Source: a virus
Lineage: Duplodnaviria > Caudoviricetes
Direction: 5' to 3' (one strand)
IMG/VR virus record: IMGVR_UViG_3300030372_004503
Coordinates: 1-38,792 of that record
Length of the DNA stretch: 38,792 nucleotides
The notes beneath the pieces were generated by a model. It did not search any database. It was given only the letters and a program-made list of their open reading frames with translations, and was not told the origin of the DNA. The position numbers and the translations under genes are program-made. Within the stretch, counting starts at the first letter, position 1; the number at the start of each line of letters is the position of its first letter. Shown one piece after another: positions 9,937-19,600 of this stretch.

Positions 9937-10719
9937 TTATTTATAATACTCTGAAGCTGTTAATTCAGCAGACTCTGGATCATATCCTCCAGGAAGTTTC
10001 CCTTTAAATAGTCCTTTGTCTAAGTCATGCCATCCTTTTTTAAGTAAACCACCGATTTTAGTTTTAGAATCTGCCATTCTTTGGTTTAGCATTTCTGGAT
10101 TTTTATCATATTTTATAGCATCCCCTTTTGGCTTTCCATAATCAGGGTCTCTATCAAAACCCATAAAGGTCTGGCCTGGGTCCCTATTTGCTCCAGCTTG
10201 GTCTTGCTCAACAGCTAGTCTCCAAGCTTTTTCAGTTTGAGGACCAAACTTACCGTCTGCCTCTATTCCTAAAAAACTCTGTAGAGCTTTAACTTGTTCT
10301 GTATTAGAAGGGTCAAGATTTTTTCTAAAGTAATTCATTCCTGCTCCTTGCCTTCTTGTCGCATTTCTTTCTTGCGCCATTGGACTAGGAGTATATTTAT
10401 CTACATCAAAACCCCCAAAAAATGGATCACCACTGCCGCCACCAGGAGCAGTTTGTTCTGCATCATCTCCCGTAAAGTAATTATAGGCATCATATGCTCC
10501 TTTTAGAGGACCATATCCTGGTATTAAGTATTGACTGTAATCTAATATATCACTACCTGTACTAGCCAATCTATCGTATGTATTTGTTACAGGATTTGTT
10601 ACTGCTTCTTTTGTTGGTGTACCCCCTGTCCAAGCATCAGGAAAAAGTCCTTCTTCTCCTGCTATATAACCTGAATATGCTCTTGGGTCAAACCAATAAT
10701 AATCGTCTGGCTTTGCCAT
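9937..10719 (-). CDS. Probable internal virion protein with a peptidoglycan-binding (PG_binding_1-like) motif
   Basis: 260 aa; NTEQVKALQSFLGIEADGKFGPQTEKAWRL fits the V-x-x-LQ-x-x-L...DG-x-FG-x-x-T-x-x-A consensus; AGGAGA RBS. Confidence 0.7.
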   Translation of the reverse strand: MAKPDDYYWFDPRAYSGYIAGEEGLFPDAWTGGTPTKEAVTNPVTNTYDRLASTGSDILDYSQYLIPGYGPLKGAYDAYNYFTGDDAEQTAPGGGSGDPFFGGFDVDKYTPSPMAQERNATRRQGAGMNYFRKNLDPSNTEQVKALQSFLGIEADGKFGPQTEKAWRLAVEQDQAGANRDPGQTFMGFDRDPDYGKPKGDAIKYDKNPEMLNQRMADSKTKIGGLLKKGWHDLDKGLFKGKLPGGYDPESAELTASEYYK

Positions 10720-10740
10720 TTTTTCTTCTCCTTTTTATTT

Positions 10741-11490
10741 TTATTTCCAACTACCATAAGTAGGACTTTCCCACTCATATTCTCGTAGTGCTTTTTTCCA
10801 TTCTGGAACTTTTTCTTTGGTATCTGATGCACTAGTCTCATCGTCGGTCTCGATTGCCCCACTTTGATTTGCAAATGCATCGTTTACTATCCCTGTATCA
10901 TCTCCAGAGGTTCCAGAAGTTCCGCCTGTATTAATCAATTCTTTTTCTGATTCATTTATATCTAGTTGAGCGTTCTTGTCAACGCTGTCATTTTGAGGAG
11001 TTGTATTAACATTTCCAACATTTGTTCCTAATGATGCTTGGTATGCCTCATACCCTTTCTGACTACCTCCACCCCATTTTAAATCAACTGCTCCAGCTTG
11101 TGTTCCCGCCTTATTCATATAGTATGGTAAATTAGTTTGAGGATTTATAGTTTGCGCTAAATGTGCTTGCATAGACCCAACATGGTCAGGATTAGTTTGG
11201 TCAAACTGAAATCCTTGAGCATTAATGTCTACAGGGTTATATGATATATTGTTCATCATTATCTTACTACTTGTTTCTACCTCATTTTTACTATCATTTA
11301 TTAAGTTATCTATTTTCTGGTTACTATCTATAGTGTTATCATCGCTTAATGCCTGAGTAATTTTCAAAATTTCAGAAGCATCTACATCCTGATAATCAAG
11401 TTTATCAAAATTAACTAAGTTTTGATGAACATATGTTTTATCTATTAATGCATTATTTTGTAGCTGGAGAGCGAATTCATTATTATCCAT
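10741..11490 (-). CDS. Probable internal virion protein with a degenerate peptidoglycan-binding motif
   Basis: 249 aa; DHVGSMQAHL...VDLKWGGGSQKGYEAYQASLG resembles the same consensus; TAATG coupling with the upstream gene. Confidence 0.5.
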   Translation of the reverse strand: MDNNEFALQLQNNALIDKTYVHQNLVNFDKLDYQDVDASEILKITQALSDDNTIDSNQKIDNLINDSKNEVETSSKIMMNNISYNPVDINAQGFQFDQTNPDHVGSMQAHLAQTINPQTNLPYYMNKAGTQAGAVDLKWGGGSQKGYEAYQASLGTNVGNVNTTPQNDSVDKNAQLDINESEKELINTGGTSGTSGDDTGIVNDAFANQSGAIETDDETSASDTKEKVPEWKKALREYEWESPTYGSWK

Positions 11491-12179
11491 TACACCATCT
11501 TATTCCAATCTACATATAGTAAACCATTTTTTCCTTTAACTACGGCTTCAGGAAGATGCTTTCTAACTTCTTGAGCCATTACATTAACATGTTTCTTCTT
11601 TCTACCTTTATAATTAAACTCATATATACCAGTTTTTTTACCATTTTTTAACTTTATATTGCCTTTTTTCTTTATATTCTCTTTCATCTTAGCATCACAC
11701 ATAGTCATAGCAGTAGTTGCTAAATTCATAACATTGCCTGCCATTGCTGAGTTATAATTGTTTTTATTGGTAATATTCTGTCCATATGCAGAAGCCATAG
11801 CATCTCTTGCTGTCATATCAGCTGACATATTGCCCTGTTTAATTCCTATAGCTTGTTGGGTATTCATTCCAGCTTGTTTAAGCCAGTTTTGATAGGCCAT
11901 TCCTGTTATATTGCCTACATTTTGATTGTTCATGCCTTGCATTATACCACTTTGATTGCCCATACCTGTAGCAGCCATATTCATTCTATTAATTCTATTT
12001 TGAGTATATGCGCTATCTTCTGTAGACTGTAGTGCTTGTTGCAAAACTCCTTGATTATACGAAGAATTAGGGTCCATTAGGCCAGCGGCCATTTGGTCTA
12101 ATTCCCCCATATAATCAGAGGTCATCATGTCATAGACTTTATTTGGATCTATTGGATCTGGTGCTGAGAACCATCCCAT
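11490..12179 (-). CDS. Putative ejection/pilot protein with a C-terminal intramolecular-chaperone autocleavage (peptidase S74-like) domain
   Basis: 229 aa; N-terminus MGWFS followed by a Q/N/M/A-rich region typical of pilot proteins; C-terminus CDAKMKENI...GIYEFNYK...VMAQEV...PEAV...GLLYVDW matches the S74 pattern. Confidence 0.75.
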   Translation of the reverse strand: MGWFSAPDPIDPNKVYDMMTSDYMGELDQMAAGLMDPNSSYNQGVLQQALQSTEDSAYTQNRINRMNMAATGMGNQSGIMQGMNNQNVGNITGMAYQNWLKQAGMNTQQAIGIKQGNMSADMTARDAMASAYGQNITNKNNYNSAMAGNVMNLATTAMTMCDAKMKENIKKKGNIKLKNGKKTGIYEFNYKGRKKKHVNVMAQEVRKHLPEAVVKGKNGLLYVDWNKMV

Positions 12180-12227
12180 ATATGTAATACCCCCGTATTT
12201 TAAATTATGTAGCTATACTACACCATT

Positions 12228-12240
12228 GTAATATAATATC
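12228..12240 (-). promoter_or_regulatory. Candidate late promoter motif (GATATTATATTAC) upstream of the ejection cluster
   Basis: Lies in one of the few intergenic gaps; shares ATATTATATT(A/G)C with the gap upstream of the portal gene. Confidence 0.4.
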
Positions 12241-12404
12241 TACTTCTTGTCTTTTACAACAGGTTTTTCTTCTTTTGTGCTATTTTTTTCATCCATAATC
12301 ATTCCTTCAGTAAGCTCGATTGCTCCTTGAAGCTTCATAAATAGAACTTTAGCTTGTTCTTGTTGTTCTTTTAGTTCATTTAGTTTCTCTTCCAATTTTG
12401 ACAT
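12240..12404 (-). CDS. Small coiled-coil protein (54 aa), possible tail-fibre chaperone
   Basis: Not in the ORF track. MSKLEEKLNELKEQQEQAKVLFMKLQGAIELTEGMIMDEKNSTKEEKPVVKDKK*; AGGAGA RBS; heptad pattern. Confidence 0.75.
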   Translation of the reverse strand: MSKLEEKLNELKEQQEQAKVLFMKLQGAIELTEGMIMDEKNSTKEEKPVVKDKK

Positions 12405-12417
12405 ATTTGTCTCCTAT

Positions 12418-12945
12418 TTAGTCTGTATCATTATCATAGTTGGCCTCTGCAGTAGTTGTAGCATTCGTGCTATTTGTCGAATCTCCGTGATGAGTAAAGT
12501 AGTCTGCAGCTATCCAATCTTTAATATTATCCTTTACACTGTTGAAATATATAGTATTTGCAGTGTCAAAACGAAATATTTTATTTGTAGTGATTACTAT
12601 TATCCTAGATTCACTTGCAGTTGTTCCGTCTAGCTTTGTCATCATTCCATAATAAGGAAATAAAGAGCTCCCGTTTAAAAGAGAGTTTCTCATTTCAGGT
12701 TTAAAATGATTCATTCCCCAATAAGCACTCGTTTCTACTGGGTCTATAGCCTTTGCAACTATATCTCCTTCATCAACCTTAGTTGGGTCTTCTGCTTTTG
12801 CATAAATACACCCTTCTCTCCAAGCAGACTTTCCCCATTCACTATGTATTTTAGCCTTATCATCATCAGTAAGTGAGGATATACTAGCATCTTGAGCTTG
12901 TATAGCTGAAAGAACATTTGCTTCTAATGTATCACTAAATCCCAT
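12418..12945 (-). CDS. Hypothetical protein (175 aa), tail-associated
   Basis: The track ORF starts at 13023, but the ATG at 12945 overlaps the upstream stop (TAATG) and is the more likely start (MGFSDTLEAN...). Confidence 0.65.
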   Translation of the reverse strand: MGFSDTLEANVLSAIQAQDASISSLTDDDKAKIHSEWGKSAWREGCIYAKAEDPTKVDEGDIVAKAIDPVETSAYWGMNHFKPEMRNSLLNGSSLFPYYGMMTKLDGTTASESRIIVITTNKIFRFDTANTIYFNSVKDNIKDWIAADYFTHHGDSTNSTNATTTAEANYDNDTD

Positions 12946-15900
12946 TACGCCATATTGTATATAATTGCTGAAGTTTGTGAGAATACCTGACTCCCCCAAC
13001 CTGAAGTTGCATCCGTATTCCATCTAATTTGCAGAGTATGTGCATGAGGGCCTGTTGTATGTAAGTTATCAGTTCCAAATATATCGTGCCCAACAAAAAA
13101 TGTAAAGTTTTGATTTATTTGATAATAAGTGTTCAGGTTCGTCCCCGAAAATATCATATACGGAGACAATGCGGCTCCTCCATCGTTATAAACTAGGCTA
13201 CCAGACCAAGTAGAGCCACCGTCATAACTTACTTCTGGACTAACTCCTTCAGGAATATTCATAACACCACCACCAGCCCTCCAGTTAGACCATACATGGC
13301 ATACAGCTCCAACTGCAACATCTTCAAAATGCAAAGAAGAACCTGGCGCAAAAATTGATGATGGGTCATGATAAGTTGGGAAATCAGTGCTTGAATCCCA
13401 GCCTGACGCCATTAAAACAAAAGGAACTGTTCTAGGTGTCCCCCCAAAGCCTGCTGCAGGGTTTGCTAAACATTTTCCAGCTTCTAATACCGCAGCTCCT
13501 ATATTTGTAGAAGTTAACTGCCCTCCCTTTACATCTAAAGAACCAGTACTTGAATTATATTTAATTCCAGTTCCCCCAGAATAGTCTCCTATAGTAAGGC
13601 TTGAACCATCCCAATCAAGTCCACTATTACCAGTCTTGATTGACATATTAGTACCATCATACTTAAGGTGGTTAGTTGTATCACCAATATATACACCTGC
13701 TTGATTTACATCAATCATTCCTAGCCATATTCCTGATGTGTCGTCTGTATATGAGTCTTTACCAAATGTTTGGAGAGAATTTCCTGCGTAATTACCTAAA
13801 ATAATATTTCCCTGAGTAACTGATATATCGTTAGTTAAGTCCCCAAGATTAGAATGTTCAAACATTTCAGATATATCTACCCTACATTGCACAAAGGTTA
13901 TTTTATTTCCATCTGCGTCAGAGTTATTGTTTCTAATTAATCTTAATCTATTTCCGCCTGTTATATGCGAAACAGCGGGAAAATTAGGTATACTCCATGT
14001 ACCTGGACCAGTGCCTACATTCCATGTCGAAGTAACACCTGCAACTGGAGTTTCTACAACATATGTTTTTACTTGTATTGAGCCTCCTGCTGAACTTATA
14101 TTGTCATCCAATACTATGTCATTCCAAGTAAGCTTATTGCCAGTTCCTTCTATATCTGATAAATGTACAGTTATCTGAGCTCTATTAGCTTTAAAATTAG
14201 CATATACAGGTGTCTCTGCATATTTCCAATCACCTCCATCTGCATCATAAGATGCAGTAGTAGTTGACTGAAGCTCATCATAAGAGTTTGGATATACTAA
14301 AGAGCTATCTCCTTCAGTATAAAACAACATCCAAGTTGTTTGTTCTCCTAAAATCTCTACAGTACCTTTAATCTCTAATCCTTCTGAACTACTATACTTA
14401 AGATAGCTACTTTCATCAGAAGCACCTATGTAAGCATATTGATTAGATCCATCGCTTCCTATCTTAATTGGCCAAGTATGACTTGAGCCATCTCCATCAT
14501 AAAATCCTAACCATTGATTTGTAATATAAAATCCATCACTACCTGGATTTGCAGTATTAGCTTGAAAATGGTCTATTGATGAATAAAAATCAGCATCATC
14601 ATTCCAAAATGGCCAATCATTAGGGCTAGTGACATTTACAGCTCCATCTATAGTTAAAGTATATGAGCCACTAGAAGAAGCTTTTTTGAATAAAAGCTTT
14701 GCATTGGTCCAGTTATCAGGTTCTCCAGCGCTTGATGCTGAGCTAGATAAACTATTTCCTACTGCAAGAACATCAAATCCCTCACTATCTTTTCCTGCAA
14801 ATATATTTAAATTAGCACCTTCATATATCTTTAAATCTGTGTTTATTAATCGGACGCCATTATCGCCTTCCACAAGTAACCCTGAGAACGGATTGCTGCC
14901 ATCTATAATTGAATTTTGAATATTAGCTCCAAAAGCAGCTCCAAACTTTTTAGTTGAGATATCTGCAAAACCATTCAAATCCCCTACTTGAGCTACAATT
15001 TTAGCACTATTCCAAGACTGAGCTCCAGTTGTTCTTGAATACATTGATATAGATGGACCTATATCTTCTGTTAATGTTCTTGTTGCAGTTAATTCTATCC
15101 ATCCATCGCCTAAATCATGCCCTATATTTACAACTGCATCACCTTTAATCCATTCGTTAGCTCCTGTAGCATCTGTATTCCTAGTAACAGTATAATCATA
15201 GTTATCTCCATTTTCTGTATAAGATGAAGTAACTGTCATAACTTCCATTTGAATAGGTAAACCACTACTAGTAGCAACAGATGAAGACCTTAATAGTATA
15301 AAATCTCCATTAGTAAGGTTATTGTGTTTAACTGTAATTGTTGTCACGGAATCATTAATATCAGTAATTAATTCAGTAGTTGGAGCAACCATAATCCTAC
15401 CACCTGTAGTAGCTAGAACTTCTTGAGATACAAAAGTTTCTGCATATAACTCGTCTACATACATTGTTTTAAATCTTTTAAGAAGCGAACCTAAATTAAC
15501 GGTGCTGGTTGCCTGTGGTAAAATAGACCCTACGGCTCCGTCATTGGGTTTAAAAATTATATTTCCTTTAGCAGCAAACTCAGTATTTCCACCACTATCA
15601 ACTGAAAAAGTAGCTTTATAAGTATCATCGTGTTTTAATGTTAACTGAGATTCTCCTACACCTAAAGTTTTCTTTATTGTTGTCAGGTTATTTATATCAG
15701 CGGTACCAGATATTGTGGTGTTTCCACCTATTGTAGTTGTCCCTGAATCATTATTTAGTATAACACTTTCTCCAACAGTTAGATCGTCTGTTACTGTTAA
15801 ATTGTCTCCTACAGACGCATTTCCTCCTATTGAAGATGCAAAGTCTACTTCAAGGTCTCCACTTACTTTTGTATCTCCATTCAAGTGAGTCCTTCCTTGA

Positions 15901-16655
15901 ACATATAATGCATATTTGGTTGCTGAGCTGTTATAAGCCCTAAGACTATTAACAGCGTCACTATTAAAATCTACTGTTATTTGATTTGTAAATGTATATG
16001 CAACTGATTGGTCTAATATATGTTCGTGGTCAGACCTAGAATAAGTTCCTGCTATTCCAGCTCCAGCTGTTCCTGTAGCCTTTACCCTAGCTTCCGTTAT
16101 TCCTGCAATATTTGGCTCTGCGTGAATACTTACATCTGATATATGGGTGTCTATCTGGTCATGAGTGTTTGTTCCTTTATCGTCTAATGTAAGGTGACTG
16201 TGAGTATGTGTCCCATCTGCAACTTGTCCACTAAATTCACCTACATCTCCATTCGCTACTAAATTTTCATAAGTAACAACTGTTTGCATTAATGCATCTG
16301 GATTAGAGAGGTCAAAAGTTTCATTACCATAAGATTCTGTACTAGAAGAAGCAGCTGAACCTGTTTCGGTATTTATATTAGATAAGGCTAGTCTTTGAAC
16401 TGCCCAATTTTCTCCAAATTTTCCCTCTAAAAAATAACCTATAGTCCCGTCTTTTGCAGTATCTTGAAATAAACGAACCTCCCCATCTAGACCTTCTGTT
16501 GGAAGTGATGGAGAGTTGTGAGATTTAGTGTTTACTCTATCTAATACTGAAAGCATATCATTGATAGACCTTTCAGCATCTTTGATATCTGTTAGTTTAA
16601 CAGAGGCAAGAAAAGATGCACCTATATTTTCTCTATACCTAGCATCTCTTGACAT
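12945..16655 (-). CDS. Large tail fibre/spike-like structural protein
   Basis: 1,236 aa, G/S/T/D/N-rich beta repeats (GDLEVD/GDNLTVTDDLTVG), HxH motifs (THTHSH, DHEH, PHAH), SILPQATSTVNLGSLLKRFKTMYV fibre-type motif; TAATG-coupled to the nozzle gene. Confidence 0.7.
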   Translation of the reverse strand: MSRDARYRENIGASFLASVKLTDIKDAERSINDMLSVLDRVNTKSHNSPSLPTEGLDGEVRLFQDTAKDGTIGYFLEGKFGENWAVQRLALSNINTETGSAASSSTESYGNETFDLSNPDALMQTVVTYENLVANGDVGEFSGQVADGTHTHSHLTLDDKGTNTHDQIDTHISDVSIHAEPNIAGITEARVKATGTAGAGIAGTYSRSDHEHILDQSVAYTFTNQITVDFNSDAVNSLRAYNSSATKYALYVQGRTHLNGDTKVSGDLEVDFASSIGGNASVGDNLTVTDDLTVGESVILNNDSGTTTIGGNTTISGTADINNLTTIKKTLGVGESQLTLKHDDTYKATFSVDSGGNTEFAAKGNIIFKPNDGAVGSILPQATSTVNLGSLLKRFKTMYVDELYAETFVSQEVLATTGGRIMVAPTTELITDINDSVTTITVKHNNLTNGDFILLRSSSVATSSGLPIQMEVMTVTSSYTENGDNYDYTVTRNTDATGANEWIKGDAVVNIGHDLGDGWIELTATRTLTEDIGPSISMYSRTTGAQSWNSAKIVAQVGDLNGFADISTKKFGAAFGANIQNSIIDGSNPFSGLLVEGDNGVRLINTDLKIYEGANLNIFAGKDSEGFDVLAVGNSLSSSASSAGEPDNWTNAKLLFKKASSSGSYTLTIDGAVNVTSPNDWPFWNDDADFYSSIDHFQANTANPGSDGFYITNQWLGFYDGDGSSHTWPIKIGSDGSNQYAYIGASDESSYLKYSSSEGLEIKGTVEILGEQTTWMLFYTEGDSSLVYPNSYDELQSTTTASYDADGGDWKYAETPVYANFKANRAQITVHLSDIEGTGNKLTWNDIVLDDNISSAGGSIQVKTYVVETPVAGVTSTWNVGTGPGTWSIPNFPAVSHITGGNRLRLIRNNNSDADGNKITFVQCRVDISEMFEHSNLGDLTNDISVTQGNIILGNYAGNSLQTFGKDSYTDDTSGIWLGMIDVNQAGVYIGDTTNHLKYDGTNMSIKTGNSGLDWDGSSLTIGDYSGGTGIKYNSSTGSLDVKGGQLTSTNIGAAVLEAGKCLANPAAGFGGTPRTVPFVLMASGWDSSTDFPTYHDPSSIFAPGSSLHFEDVAVGAVCHVWSNWRAGGGVMNIPEGVSPEVSYDGGSTWSGSLVYNDGGAALSPYMIFSGTNLNTYYQINQNFTFFVGHDIFGTDNLHTTGPHAHTLQIRWNTDATSGWGSQVFSQTSAIIYNMA

Positions 16656-19600
16656 TACTTAACTGTTCCTGTTCTGTAAACTATTGCGACACTATCTACC
16701 TCTACATCAAAATTAACAAATTCAAACCTAAACTTCTTACCGCGTTTATTTGGTCCAGATATTTTTATTTTAACAGTACTGTCATCTACTTCTATCAATT
16801 CGTATTGAGATTCTATTTTAACATTATCTACATATAGGCTCCAATTACCAATTCCACCATCAGCTAAATCTTGAGCCTCTTCATTTGTATTGCACATTAT
16901 CTTGAAGCTTACGAATGTTTTATCTTGAGAAGATACATTCATATCGTAAGACTTAGAATGATAAGACCAAGGTTTTCTTGAATTTTTACTAGTAGATATT
17001 TGATATAAATAATCTGTATTAGATACATATATATCATTTCTATTTCCAGTTAACTTTCCTATAGGAGTAGGCATTTCTCTCATATCCCATCTCTTACGCG
17101 TAGTGCTATAAACCCAAGCTCCTGAGAACAATGTTCCGTCATCATGCTTATCTTCAAAGCAAAAGTACACACTTTGTGTCTTGCCATCATATAAAACTTG
17201 AGGATCTCTATTGTGGTTAATATGCTGCCAATTATGGTATTGATAGCTTTTATCTGTAAGAGAATTAGCTTCAATTAATTGGTCATCATCGCCTGCAAAA
17301 GAAGAAAGCAATATATCTCTACTTATATTCTCAGCTCTTGAACCATTGTGCCAATACATTCCTTGATAATCACAAAAGAACATTCCTACATCAGTTATTA
17401 TAGCAGAGTCTGGTCCAATACAACCAATACCTTCAAAAGTATCCTCTAATGTAAGCGATTGAATGTTTACTCTATATATATTTGATAAATCAAAGACATA
17501 TAGTTTCCCTGCCCACCATGCTATATGAGTCGGTTTTGAAGGCATTACGCAATAATCCCTAGTCCATTCAAAATTAGAGTATTGAGTTGGCTTTGATTTA
17601 AATATAAAGTTTTGCCCTTGCTTTATTTCTGGGTGATAGCAATCAGCAACTATTAAATGACCTTGTGCTACAGTGGAAAGCCTGTAATTCACATTTGTTT
17701 GAGAAATGTTTTCTGGCATACCAGTAATAGCAGAGTAAGTTGCTTTCTGCTTACCTTCATCTACAACTATTGTTTTCCATTGGTCTTTTGATGAATTATA
17801 TACCCATCCATGAGTTAGCGGAACTTCTGCTACAAATCTATAAAATTGTTCCGCAGCATTTTTTCTATAAGCTATGATATGAGTAACTCTTTTTGGAGGG
17901 TCTGCTATTCTAAGAGTTAAAGTGGCTCTATTGTAATGATCGCCTGATACTGTCTTAGTAAATTCAAAAGTAGTTAAAGGTCCTTCCTGGAACCCGTCAT
18001 ATAACATTGATAATTTCCAATAATATGTTGTGCCATTTTTAAAATTTGCTGAAGGCTCATCAGCTGCAGTATCAGTATACGCTATATCCATACCAAAGTC
18101 TAACTCACTATCTGGATATTGCCAAAAATAAGGACTTAGAGTTGAAGCATGTGTACCGTCGCCAGTAGATGTAAGAAAGTCTCCTGAACTTTTGTCAAAT
18201 TTTAAAAATCCTGCAACATAGTCCCCTGTTCGAGGAGATAAATTAATCTTAACATCGTCTGTGTTTAATTTAATATCAGTCATTATTGCCGAACCAAAAC
18301 CTTCTAATTGCAGTGGATTCATATTATTAGGAGCATTCATATTTCCAGAAATTTCATAATCTACTGCTTTTGAACTATAACTATGAGGGTTCTTGCTCCA
18401 TCTTGTTAAATATGTCTCTGTAATTGGTCTGTTCGTATCTTTAGCAGTTATAAATGTAAAATCTTGAAGTTCATGATTTTTACTAACAGTAACAACATCA
18501 CCTTTCCCTATAGGAGATATAGCTGTTTCATTATTCCCTGCTGCAGCGCCAGTTCCATCTAATTGACCAGATTGAGGACTTGTAGCTTGGTCTAGCTTAT
18601 AGATATGAGTATTATAAGATTTTTGAATACTATCTGTAGGCGCATAATCAACCCCTCCAGCTGATGATGCATTAAGGTTGTAATAAGACCCAGTCCTAAA
18701 AGTGTTTTTGCAGCTAAGTATATTATCATCACTATTGTCTTGGGATGTTCCAGCACCTTCTCTTGCTGCCCAAGTTCCACCCTGATTAGCCCATGTATTT
18801 GCCTTGGTTCCATTAAAAAGTAAATGAGTGTCTTCAGTATTTAAGGTATTGGTTAGTGTTCTTGTACCTGTTTCTAATCCACCTTCGTCATCAGTATATG
18901 TATATTCCTCTGAATATTGTCTAAAATATTGAGCTCCATTTGGCACACATCTTTGCCTAACTCCTAAAGATTCTTTATTTACAGTCATTATAACATGTTC
19001 GTTCCAATCTTTTATTACGGGTTCAGTAAGATTATAAGTAGAGTATCTTTTATACCTAGATAACCCCCATTTTCTAGACCATTTATGAATATGTTTACCT
19101 AAGTTTAAATCTGATACAGCTTGTTTTCCCTCTAAGTGAGTAACAACCCCTATATCATCAGATGATGATGGTCTAGTTAATCCCTTTTGTGCAGGAGTGA
19201 CAATATATTCTGTAAATCCATAAGATGCACCAAACGATCTTCCAGAATAACCATTATTCATCTCAACATGAGGGTCTCCTTGCCTGTTTCCAGCTGTATT
19301 TATTCCAGCTGTATACCCAGGGAATTTATTATCTTCTGAAGAGGATAAAGTGCTTATTGAATCAGCATATGCTAACTTCCAGCCAGTCCCTGTAAGCTGT
19401 CCATTGTCTTCAGATACATGCCCGCTATCAGGACTAGTTGCAGCGGCAACATACCCTAGCGCATCGCAATTCCTCCAATAAAAATAATTAGCATAACAAC
19501 CTCTTGAGCCACATTGTCCAATCCAATTTCCAGCAGATAGTCCACCTCCATTAAACACATCTGCAGGCATATACCAATCATAACCTGCTCCATTTACATC

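Noticed and set aside
12946-13023. Track start at 13023 for the 201-aa ORF
   Set aside because: Overlaps the fibre gene by ~78 nt; the TAATG-coupled ATG at 12945 is more plausible.
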